Shown one piece after another: positions 1-9,048 of a stretch of 54,721 nucleotides of DNA (position 1 is the stretch's first letter; each line of letters starts with the position of its first letter). A program made the position numbers and the translations under genes. The stretch is from Trichomonas gallinae (Eukaryota): positions 1-54,721 of the forward strand of contig MRSU01008374.1 in assembly GCA_008369845.1 (NCBI GenBank), read 5' to 3'. The notes under the pieces are model-generated. The model did not search any database. It was not told where the DNA came from and was given only the letters and a program-made list of their open reading frames with translations.

Positions 1-1
1 G

Positions 2-241
2 AATCTTGGCTGGAAGATATTCTTAAGTGTTCACATCACAATTAATGATGATTATGAGCATATTAAAATATTAAAAAATGAGTTATTGGATTCTATGCAA
101 CTTCCAGATTATCGTAATCAATTCAATATCTTGGGTTATATTGATTCATTACATCATATAGATCTAGATTTGGAAAATGGAGTTTGGGAAATTTCCAGAA
201 TATCTTCCGAATTTGCATCCCTATTTATTGTGTGCCATTAA
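2..241 (+). CDS. 3' end of a gene entering from the left edge (partial, unknown product)
   Basis: Frame starting at nt 2 is open for 79 codons (NLGWKIFLSVHITINDDYEH...SEFASLFIVCH) to TAA at 239-241, unlikely in DNA this AT-rich unless coding. It is not in the supplied ORF track. Confidence 0.6.
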   Translation, partial: NLGWKIFLSVHITINDDYEHIKILKNELLDSMQLPDYRNQFNILGYIDSLHHIDLDLENGVWEISRISSEFASLFIVCH

Positions 242-1138
242 CTTATTTTGCTTGAATCTTATCAAAGCTTCGAGGATGTAAAGCTTAGTTGATATTGCTT
301 TCAATTCTGTTTTAGTTAAATTTTGTGAATCAAAAAGTTTTTGTTTTTGTTGCTGAAAATATGTAAATATTTCTTTAACACTTGCATCCAAATATTCATA
401 CGCTACATTTAGGGAAAGATCTCGATAACTTTCATCAATACCTGGAAGTGGATCTATTGGAGTAGAATGCGTGAAAAATTTTTCAACGTATTTAAGATCA
501 GATTCTTGAAATTGCATGCAGAATGCAGTTAGATAAGAAGCTAAATTCGTATCTGATAAATTTATACGAAAAACTCTATTTCTAATATTTAATTTAACTT
601 CTCCTGTAGGAACATCATCATAAAACCCATGTACTATGTATAATCTCGGAATGAGATTTTTAAATTCCAAGTAAAGCGATCGTAGTATGTATCCCATTGG
701 TTGAGGTAGTGCCGCAGATATTACGCATTCTCCAGAAAGAATATGCTTTTCGCGAATAGAATAATTTCCTGCAACAATACGTGATATATTTGTAAACTCA
801 AATCCTGTATACTTTTGAACGAAATCTAGTATTGATTCTGCATCTTTTCGCCCATTGTATTTGTAAATTTTATCTGCAGTTAATAATTCGTAGTAAGGAA
901 CGCTTTTAGCATTGACAGCTACACAAGATAGTGGAAAAGTTGAGCAATCAATGAGTTTAACATGAAAAGGGGCATTATTTGCTTCAAAAACGTCTTGAAC
1001 ATAATGCAATTCTTGTTTTAGACTGCGCATTAATGGATGATTCTGGTTATAATAGTATGCAAGGGTTGGTTCTTCGTTAAAACGATGTGATACTTGTTTA
1101 AAAAAATATATTAATATCCATCTTATGATAATATTCAT
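221..1138 (-). CDS. Thioredoxin-fold, PDI/ERp29-like protein, probably redox-inactive
   Basis: Hydrophobic N-terminus. PTLAYYYNQNHPLMRSL aligns to the PDI motif VEFYAPWCGHCK. Also KLIDC...C...SVP and YKYNGRKDAESILDFV typical of PDI a-domains. The helical C-terminus (LTKTELKAISTKLYILEAL) resembles the ERp29 C domain. Confidence 0.6.
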   Translation of the reverse strand: MNIIIRWILIYFFKQVSHRFNEEPTLAYYYNQNHPLMRSLKQELHYVQDVFEANNAPFHVKLIDCSTFPLSCVAVNAKSVPYYELLTADKIYKYNGRKDAESILDFVQKYTGFEFTNISRIVAGNYSIREKHILSGECVISAALPQPMGYILRSLYLEFKNLIPRLYIVHGFYDDVPTGEVKLNIRNRVFRINLSDTNLASYLTAFCMQFQESDLKYVEKFFTHSTPIDPLPGIDESYRDLSLNVAYEYLDASVKEIFTYFQQQKQKLFDSQNLTKTELKAISTKLYILEALIRFKQNKLMAHNK

Positions 1139-1145
1139 TTTTGCT

Positions 1146-1240
1146 CCCTATTATATTTTATCAAACCCTGTTATATTTTAAAAACCCCAACTTTATTATA
1201 TCAGATCTGATATAACCCTATTTTAAGTTTACAGGCCCTG
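1146..1240. promoter_or_regulatory. Compact bidirectional promoter with phased CCC motifs and a 20-bp palindrome
   Basis: 120-bp gap between divergent ATGs (1138 and 1259). CCC runs at 1146, 1166, 1185-1188, 1216 and 1236. Perfect palindrome TTATATCAGATCTGATATAA at 1196-1215. Confidence 0.5.
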
Positions 1241-1250
1241 CTTTATTAAT

Positions 1251-1257
1251 TCATTTT
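1251..1257 (+). promoter_or_regulatory. Trichomonad initiator (Inr)-like element
   Basis: TCATTTT just upstream of ATG 1259. Similar TCA(T/C/G)T motifs precede ATGs at 6580 (6561), 21381 (21364), 49069 (49062) and 54681 (54661). Confidence 0.55.
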
Positions 1258-1258
1258 C

Positions 1259-1537
1259 ATGGATTTCTTTGATTATGTTCGCGCATCACCAAAACAAGTT
1301 CAGCAAGCGCACACATTGGTGACAATGGAGATAGGCGCAATCAGACAATTAACGAATCCTTCAGATTTATGTTATGTATGCCAAAAATACAATCCAACAT
1401 CTGTTTGCGATATATGTCATCATCAGATGTGTACATCCTGTCGTTTCCAATGTAAACAATGCAATCAAACAATTTGTCGATTTTGTTTACATGACCATGA
1501 TGAAGAAATGTCGATATGCTACAAGTGTCTTCCATAA
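1259..1537 (+). CDS. Small Cys-rich zinc-finger protein, Siva-like C-terminal fingers
   Basis: 92 aa with six CxxC pairs (CYVC, CDIC, CTSC, CKQC, CRFC, CYKC) ending at the C-terminus, spaced as in Siva/B-box-like fingers. Inr-like motif before the ATG. Confidence 0.7.
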   Translation: MDFFDYVRASPKQVQQAHTLVTMEIGAIRQLTNPSDLCYVCQKYNPTSVCDICHHQMCTSCRFQCKQCNQTICRFCLHDHDEEMSICYKCLP

Positions 1538-2106
1538 ATATTGACACAGGCATCAATATATCTATTTGAATTCAATAATTTTAAAATCAATCGACCCAAA
1601 ATCTAGAACCAGTTTATTCAGCTTGTTAAGCTCAAAACAAAAATTGTATTCAAATTAATACCAAATTATCCACTTGTATATCAATATTACGCTTGAACAA
1701 TTTTATTTATTATTTTAATTTATTTATTAATGATTCAGAAGAGTATCAGTTTAGGAGAATAGCAAATAAAGAGCTAAATGATCAATAGAATAATGAAATT
1801 ATCAATATATAAAAGCATAACCAAACATTATCTTATCTATTTCATGAATGAATTATGGGTGAATCGTATCACTCCTTTATGTTGTCTTTAATGGAAATGG
1901 ATATAGGTAATGAAAAGCTTTACTGACAAATAAAGCAAAATTATGCCATTTTATCAAATTTTTGACAGTTTACATGTCAATGCATAAATTTTAACCTTAT
2001 AATCGAGCGCATTCAATTTTTCGTTTATTACAATCGATGCACATCGATGAATATAAATAACTTCAATTTGATTTGAAAAAATAATAATAATAAAAAAAAA
2101 AATAAA

Positions 2107-3684
2107 ATGGCGCTGCCGACTTTGAATGTCCAGCTGCCATTCCCTTTGTCAAAGGCAGAGATCGTTAAAGTACACATTAGAGCTAACGATACTGTTGAAG
2201 ACATCATTGATTCAGCCATTCAGTTGGCGAAAGAAGTTAATGCGCCAATTACATCAGAATATGGTCTATTCTTGTGTAAAAAGCGAGAATGGCTCTACCC
2301 ATCTGTTAAAATCACACAATATAGAAACATTTTGATGAATCTCAATCAAAATGAAAGAATTCAATTACGTCCGAAAACAACAATCTCACTTACATTCACA
2401 TGTTTATCATATGTAGTTAAATTTTTATGCGCGCCAGACCAAAAATTACCGATTATTACAAATAAATTATTAGGTATCTTAAGAAAGACACAAGATTCAT
2501 TATTTTTCAGTGGATCTGATTGGTCAATATTCTGGGACAATGGAGAAATATCGCCTGATTTGACTGTACAACAAGCATTAAAATTCAGTGATACTTTTGG
2601 ATTGAGAAAGTCGACACTTAGAGTTAAGTCCGCAACCGATTTACCAGTATTTGGCCAAAATCTTCACAACGCGCTTGCTAGAACAGGACCAAACGCTACA
2701 ATTCCATTATTCCTTCAAGAAATTTTCAAGCGCATTGACGCGAGTGCTGGAACCGAAGGCTTATTCAGAAAGTCTGGACAACAGTCGCATATCGAAGAAA
2801 TCGCAAATTGGATTGATACTAATAGTAATCCTGATGAAATTTGCAAATATATCCAACAGCAGCCTATTCATGACCTTACAAGCGTCCTTAAGCTTTATTT
2901 AAAGAATCTCGCCAATCCACTAATTCCATTCGCCTTTTATAAGACTTTGGAACAATATTCTAAAATCACAGATCCAAATGTAAAGGTTATTAAAATCAAA
3001 CAGATTTTAGATACATTTCCGCTTGCAAATTACATGATTATATCACGACTATTGGAAATTCTTTATCATATCACTTTAGAAGAAACAAGCAAAATGAATA
3101 TTACGAACCTCGCGATTTGCATCTCAGCCATCATTATTAAGAATCCTGATCAAAATTGCGATCCAATCTCAACACAATGCGTATGCCAAAATATTTGCGT
3201 TGATCTCTTAGCAAATTATCGTTTCTACTTCAAAGGAGAGCCATTTTATGGAAAGACATGCACTGGCACTGCTATTAGCGATGCAACATACGATGGTATC
3301 GAAATTAAAGCAGGTCAAGAAGTCTCCATCATTGATTCAAGTCCTGTTGATCATACGAACATGTATCAGATCCTTATCAATGATGCGAAGTTATTTGTTC
3401 CACAATTATACATTTACATCGAATCTCCAAATCTTTTCGAAACAGCAACAAAAACAATCATCGAGGATGAGCCATATAGTCCAGACCACTACCTATTCTC
3501 AACATCTGAAGGAATTATTGGAAATCATGACTGCTACCAGAAAATCAATGATCTTACTAAATTAGTTCAGGATAAAATCTCCGAGGTCCACGAAATCATG
3601 ATAAGAGCAAGTCAAGATCAAGATACAGACAAAGTTGAATTCTTACGTGAAATTCAGCAACTTTCGGAATCTTTTGTTTATTAG
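2107..3684 (+). CDS. RhoGAP-domain protein with N-terminal ubiquitin-like/FERM-F0-like region and possible SH3-like region
   Basis: VFGQNL, IPLFL, EGLFRKSG (arginine finger), HDLTSVLKLYLKNLANPLIP, KMNITNLAICI. N-terminal EYGLFL...WL motif. SH3-like AISDATYDGIEIKAGQEV...FVPQLYI. Confidence 0.9.
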   Translation: MALPTLNVQLPFPLSKAEIVKVHIRANDTVEDIIDSAIQLAKEVNAPITSEYGLFLCKKREWLYPSVKITQYRNILMNLNQNERIQLRPKTTISLTFTCLSYVVKFLCAPDQKLPIITNKLLGILRKTQDSLFFSGSDWSIFWDNGEISPDLTVQQALKFSDTFGLRKSTLRVKSATDLPVFGQNLHNALARTGPNATIPLFLQEIFKRIDASAGTEGLFRKSGQQSHIEEIANWIDTNSNPDEICKYIQQQPIHDLTSVLKLYLKNLANPLIPFAFYKTLEQYSKITDPNVKVIKIKQILDTFPLANYMIISRLLEILYHITLEETSKMNITNLAICISAIIIKNPDQNCDPISTQCVCQNICVDLLANYRFYFKGEPFYGKTCTGTAISDATYDGIEIKAGQEVSIIDSSPVDHTNMYQILINDAKLFVPQLYIYIESPNLFETATKTIIEDEPYSPDHYLFSTSEGIIGNHDCYQKINDLTKLVQDKISEVHEIMIRASQDQDTDKVEFLREIQQLSESFVY

Positions 3685-4265
3685 TTTTATTTTTTTTTAC
3701 ATTAGTTCTATCTTTTTGATATTTAACTAAAATTATTTTTCGTTTGTTATTTTACTAGCTATACAAATCAGTTATTTGCAATATTTGAAATCAAAAACTT
3801 TCATTTACACAACAAAGTCAAATATTTTCATTATAAATTAATATACCTAGTCAAATTGGAACAAATTATATAGTTACTACTGTGCATTTTCTTCGTATTT
3901 TAAAATATTTTATTGAAGATAACGATTATGTGTGTTGAATGGTTAATTTCTAATACAACACTTCTTATATGATTTATATATCAATATGCTATCATGAATA
4001 TGAAGTTTAATTTATATAAAAACATAATATTTTTATCAATTTGCTCGAATTAATGTGCTGCACAATTGTATATGAGAAATTCAAATAATTGTCGGATTAA
4101 AATATGTATCAAATCGTTATTTCAAAGAAAACATCCATATTTAGCATATTATTTTGCGAATTTATATTATTTAAAGAATAAACACAATAACACATGTGCC
4201 ATGTGCTGAATCAAAATAACAGAGTAGGAGATATAGGTATTAATACATAATAAGGTTTTAGAGAT

Positions 4266-4973
4266 TTATTTTGGTTCAACCTTGAAGTGAGAATGGTACA
4301 AATCGTAGCATTGCTTAATGATGCGCTTAGCATGTCCAGCACCCATTGGCTTGAATGTTCTGACTTCCTTACGCTCAAGTGTCTTATAATCATTGAAGAA
4401 CTGGTTGATCATAAGGAGTTTGAATGGTGGAAGCTCACTAACATCGTAGTAAATATTGTATTCTGGGTCCGAAACGGCAACAGCAATGATCTTATCATCT
4501 GGATCACCACCATCGACCATTGGCATGATACCGATTGGGCGAACGCGCATCATAGAGAGCGGCGGGACGGAAAGTTGGCAAAGAACAAGAATATCGAGAG
4601 GGTCGTTATCTTCAGCGAGTGTTTCTGGGATGAATCCGTAGTTAGCTGGGTAGATAACAGAGGAGTGAAGAATTCTGTCAACCTTGAGAAGGCCTGATGG
4701 CTTATCAAGTTCTGTTTTAACACGGGAAAGCGCTGGGATTTCGATAATTGCGGAAACAATATCAGGCATAGATGGGCCAATAGAGACACCATGCCATGGG
4801 TGAGCAACAGAAAGGGATCTTTCTGTTGAAACTGTGATCTGTTTCTTCTGTCCGCCGATCTTTTGGTAAAGGGAATCCATATATTCATGATATTCCTTGT
4901 CCTCCTTGTTGACGATGATGCCATCCTTCATCATAACATGATCATCGACTTCGTCCGCGATCTGAACAGTCAT
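4266..4973 (-). CDS. Soluble inorganic pyrophosphatase (family I, plant/prokaryote-type)
   Basis: HPWH, IIEIP, KTELDK, DRIL, YPANYGFIP, EDNDPLDIL, DDKIIAV and FFNDYKTLE motifs. Start moved to ATG 4973 (MTVQIAD) because the upstream extension runs through a poly-T 5'UTR-like tract. Confidence 0.95.
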   Translation of the reverse strand: MTVQIADEVDDHVMMKDGIIVNKEDKEYHEYMDSLYQKIGGQKKQITVSTERSLSVAHPWHGVSIGPSMPDIVSAIIEIPALSRVKTELDKPSGLLKVDRILHSSVIYPANYGFIPETLAEDNDPLDILVLCQLSVPPLSMMRVRPIGIMPMVDGGDPDDKIIAVAVSDPEYNIYYDVSELPPFKLLMINQFFNDYKTLERKEVRTFKPMGAGHAKRIIKQCYDLYHSHFKVEPK

Positions 4974-5529
4974 AGAAAAAAAAAAATAAATGTTTGGCGG
5001 TTTTATAAGGGATTTCATTTGGCCATGTTAAAAAAAAATCACGCAAAACAGTCATATATTATCACTATACTCGAATAAAATATGAAAGCGCTTGAAATGA
5101 TGATTATAAAATGATATTTTTCAATTCATCATCTATTATGTATCAAAGTTTTTTGTTTTATTGAATCATAATATTCCTGAGATGCAGTACATTGATAACA
5201 TTTCCGCTAAAATAGCGATAACCATTACAAATTTATGATCTGAAAATTGATGGGGATTTTTGAAAAAAGAGTGTGCTGCATATCAACTTTCTGGGACACG
5301 GGACATGTAACCATGTCTTGATGGTCAACCATAAAATGATTGCAATTTTGTAAATTGAATTTCTCCATGGATAAGATTTCTCGGTTAAAACATTAAAATG
5401 ATTTGCATTTTATTCAACGAGCAAATTATACATGAAATTTTAGTAAAATATTACCGGTTCAAAATTTTCAATCAAAAGAAATTGTTATATATCGCGATTT
5501 TATCTACTATCATTAAAGTACAAGCGTTA

Positions 5530-6420
5530 TCTTAAAGTTTCCCGCATTACTGAACTCAAAATAATATCCTTTTAAATTTGATGGATATAGGTCAAAAGAA
5601 ACAAGAACTCTTTATGCCTAATGTTCCATATGCAGGGATTGAAATCGAAGTATGTGCTTAAGATTATCGTTCGCCGACTTTCACGAAATTTTTTTAAATG
5701 GTAATCACCGCACATTTTAATAAAAAACACTTTGGAAAAACTTTCTACTAGCAGAATCGACATTAATCTATGGATACATATCAACCTTAATATATTCATA
5801 ATGACGAGGAAACAATTTAAGTTAATTCGTGATGATAAATGGTAGGATCACATCGTATTGACTAAAATAAATCTAGACACAACAATATTTTTCCAAAACA
5901 TGGCATATTTATTATTACAACAATAAAAATTAAAAGATAGAACATGCAGAATTTGTTTTCCTGTTATATATTCATAGAATGCATTTTAATTCTAATTCTC
6001 GATCAAGATTAAACCCGCAAGAAGAGTGTCTTGATTTTTTGACAAACCCTTTTAAAAAACCGATTTTTATATTTTTATTTGTTTATAACCAATTTAGAAT
6101 ATGTGTTTAGAATGCAGCCGTAATATCGCAGCGTTAAGATTATCGATTTTTGATCAAACTTATTTATTCTTTTTAATAAACATTAACTAATAACATATCA
6201 GATATATTTTAAAATTAATATTTAACGAGAATAAAATGTTTTTCTAAGGTTTACATGGGTCACACACCAAAAATTGAACGATGACAACTATTGCTATTTA
6301 TTCGTTATCTGGTGCCGTTCGCAAAATGATGGATTAAAGTTTGAAATTTTTCACCCACTTGAACATGAAGTGATATAATCGACACTCAATGTCCTTACAG
6401 GATTTCAAATGCCACAGGGA
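5530..6420 (+). mobile_element. Possible decayed Mutator-like (MULE) transposase relic
   Basis: Stop-interrupted + strand fragments. 5565-5717 reads YPFKFDGYRSKETRTLYA*CSICRD*NRSMCLRLSFADFHEIFLNGNHRTF (FLYWCH/WRKY-like Cys/His spacing). ~6247-6420 reads RFTWVTHQKLNDDNYCYLFVIWCRSQNDGLKFEIFHPLEHEVI*STLNVL (loosely like the MULE DxTH...YL...G segment). Judged by eye only. Confidence 0.25.
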
Positions 6421-6579
6421 TGATGATTAAACATATATTTCGATTATCAGAAAAAAGTTTTATAAACTTCTCAAAAAGTATTTTAAATAATTAAACTGAT
6501 TATAATTAAACTTATAGCAGTCGAAGCGAATTCTAATATTTATGTTTTTGATATTAAGTGTCAGTTTTATTTCTAGATC

Positions 6580-8646
6580 ATGTTGAATTTCTTATTTTTA
6601 ATTGCTGTTGAATTCAAACCAAGAGACAGCTACCAAAAAATTAGAATTACATACGACTTCCAATATCTATCTGGAACCACAGATCCATTAAGATGCACCT
6701 CATCGACTGATCCTGACAAACAATGGAATAATACAAAGTATAAATGCGAACAAGGATTAACCGAAGATAATATCAAAAAAATCAAAGATAACTTTGAAAA
6801 TGTGCAAAAGTTTTTACAAGAATTTATTTACGTCAAGCCAACATCAGGCGAAATAGAATTGAAGGATTACGACCAAGTATCTGGCTCTCTTGTTAGTGGC
6901 AAAAAGGTCAAAGATACAGACCTTCACGTCACATTTTTATCCAGACCTTTCAACACAGACAATTACAGACAATCCTTTGGTCTTGTTGCCACCCAAGATT
7001 CCATTGGTAGACCAACATCTGGTTTTATCGTTATAAGGTCAGCAGATATTGGCCAAATCGCTGTTAATGATTATTTTTACTCTCAATTCCTACGAATCAT
7101 GCTAAACGTTATGGGCATTAACAAAAAGATGTACAACCAGTACAAAGACTATGATGGTAAACCACATGAAAAGCCAATATGTGAAGCACAGTCTAACGGC
7201 AGGATGTTTACGTACCTTTCTACTCCATATGCAGTTAATTTCGCCAAAATTCATTTCCCCAATCAGAAAGTTGGTAATTGCCTTGGTATTGAACTTGAAA
7301 ATTCTCATTTACCAAGTGTTCTTAATGATAGTTTTGATGGATCAGCAGTTGAAACAAGAATTTATTTCACTGAAGTTTTAACAGCATATGAAATGGATGG
7401 TTCTAGAAAGTATTCATATAAGCGCGTTACAGATGTGACCGTAGCTATTTTAAGGGATACTGGATTCTATGATGTCGATTATACAAAAGCTCAACCTATA
7501 ATCTGGGGTAATAGGAATATACATCCTAATGATAACTTTGCAATTGGCACACCTTCTGCTGTTTTCCCATCAAGGTACTTCCCAGTTTCTTCTAATTATC
7601 CTTTCATTGATTACAAATGCAGATTTAACCCACCAGCCACTGGGTCACTTCCAGATTGCAGCAAATCAGAATCACTCAGTTATGAGGGCACAATGTACTG
7701 CAATGGAAAACAATTTTATGGTGAAGATGTTTCTTACACCGATCAAATACCTGGCACACTTCGTGATTTCATTAAAATCTCTACCTTGGCTGGTGATCCA
7801 GCACCTAAACAACAGGCATATGTATTTGCCAAAGGATACACAGAAACCACTCCGCACCCATATAAATGCGCAAATGATGGCTTAAGTTATAATCTTACCA
7901 TTCGAAACGATCAAACATTAAATTGCACATCAGGAGGTCAGGAGATAGAATATATTGTAGGTACTGTAAATGGTGTACAGGCTAAGGCTAATCTTGTATG
8001 TGTAGACCCTAAAACATTTTGTACTACCGTTTATTATGCTGAAATGAACTTCAAAAGTGACCCATTATACCTCGATCCGAACGAAGATCCAGATAAGGCA
8101 GATGAGGAAGCTGAGGAAAAAAGGAGAAGGACTATTGTTATCGCTGTTTCAGTAACCGTTGTCGTCGTCATTATCCTTGTTATTGTCGGCGTTGTTGTTG
8201 GCGTCGTTTACACACTCGGAAGGAAGCGCAGACAACAAGAAGATTTCAACAGACTCAAAGCTATTGCAGCATCTGTTAAGAACCGTAAGCGTTCCGCCAC
8301 ATCTGCTACATCAGGCAAGAGGCCACCACCACCAGTTGCAGCCGGCGGACCAAAGAAGAGAGTCAGAGCTTCAACAACTGCTGCCGCTCCAAAGTCTTTC
8401 ACAGACCTCCCACCAGATGAGAACCAGCCACCACAGCAAAAGACAGCTGCTGGCGACAAGCTCAACCAGATTCTCTTCATCGAGCAGCTCGAGAAGAACA
8501 GAGAGGGCGCAAAGAAGGAAGAGGAAAAGAAGGCTGAGCCAAAGGAAACACCAATCGAAGATAAGCCACAGGATATTGAATCAGCTAAAGGAAATGATGA
8601 CGAATTACTTCCTGGCGGCACAAGACCAAGAAAGAATTCATTCTAA
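6580..8646 (+). CDS. GP63/leishmanolysin-like (peptidase M8 family) type I membrane protein, probably catalytically inactive
   Basis: Signal peptide. KIRITYDF...DPLRC, GRPTSG, LSTPYA, GIELEN and VTDVTVAILRDTGFYDVDY..AQPIIWG are M8 hallmarks. Long TM segment (IVIAVSVTVVVVIILVIVGVVVGVVY) and a ~140-aa cytoplasmic tail. No HExxH. Confidence 0.85.
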   Translation: MLNFLFLIAVEFKPRDSYQKIRITYDFQYLSGTTDPLRCTSSTDPDKQWNNTKYKCEQGLTEDNIKKIKDNFENVQKFLQEFIYVKPTSGEIELKDYDQVSGSLVSGKKVKDTDLHVTFLSRPFNTDNYRQSFGLVATQDSIGRPTSGFIVIRSADIGQIAVNDYFYSQFLRIMLNVMGINKKMYNQYKDYDGKPHEKPICEAQSNGRMFTYLSTPYAVNFAKIHFPNQKVGNCLGIELENSHLPSVLNDSFDGSAVETRIYFTEVLTAYEMDGSRKYSYKRVTDVTVAILRDTGFYDVDYTKAQPIIWGNRNIHPNDNFAIGTPSAVFPSRYFPVSSNYPFIDYKCRFNPPATGSLPDCSKSESLSYEGTMYCNGKQFYGEDVSYTDQIPGTLRDFIKISTLAGDPAPKQQAYVFAKGYTETTPHPYKCANDGLSYNLTIRNDQTLNCTSGGQEIEYIVGTVNGVQAKANLVCVDPKTFCTTVYYAEMNFKSDPLYLDPNEDPDKADEEAEEKRRRTIVIAVSVTVVVVIILVIVGVVVGVVYTLGRKRRQQEDFNRLKAIAASVKNRKRSATSATSGKRPPPPVAAGGPKKRVRASTTAAAPKSFTDLPPDENQPPQQKTAAGDKLNQILFIEQLEKNREGAKKEEEKKAEPKETPIEDKPQDIESAKGNDDELLPGGTRPRKNSF

Positions 8647-9048
8647 GTTCATTAAAGATTTTTACCATTACAAATTAATTTTTTTATTCATCTTTCTTCC
8701 GTTACCTCTCTTTCTTCAGACCATATAATGAATAAATGTTCAGTTTAAAATGAAAATAAACACGATTTACATCTATGATATTTCATCATCTTCAAAACGG
8801 GACGTAAATTCGATTATGCTCATTATGAATTAATCGATTGCCCAAGAAATACTATTGAAATTGTCTATTTTTTTTCTCGTTTTGATATCATAAAAAATAT
8901 TTGACGAATAGATGATGTTTACATGTCAAAATATCACTCTTCATCAATTTATTGTATACATTCAAATTAGCAAGAATATGATATAATTAATCAAGTGTGC
9001 TTTATTTAACATACAAATTGTAAACATATTTTTGTTTTCCTCGTAGAA

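Noticed and set aside
1726..1926. Stop-interrupted protein-like frame upstream of RhoGAP
   Set aside because: Several stops in under 70 codons and no recognisable motif.
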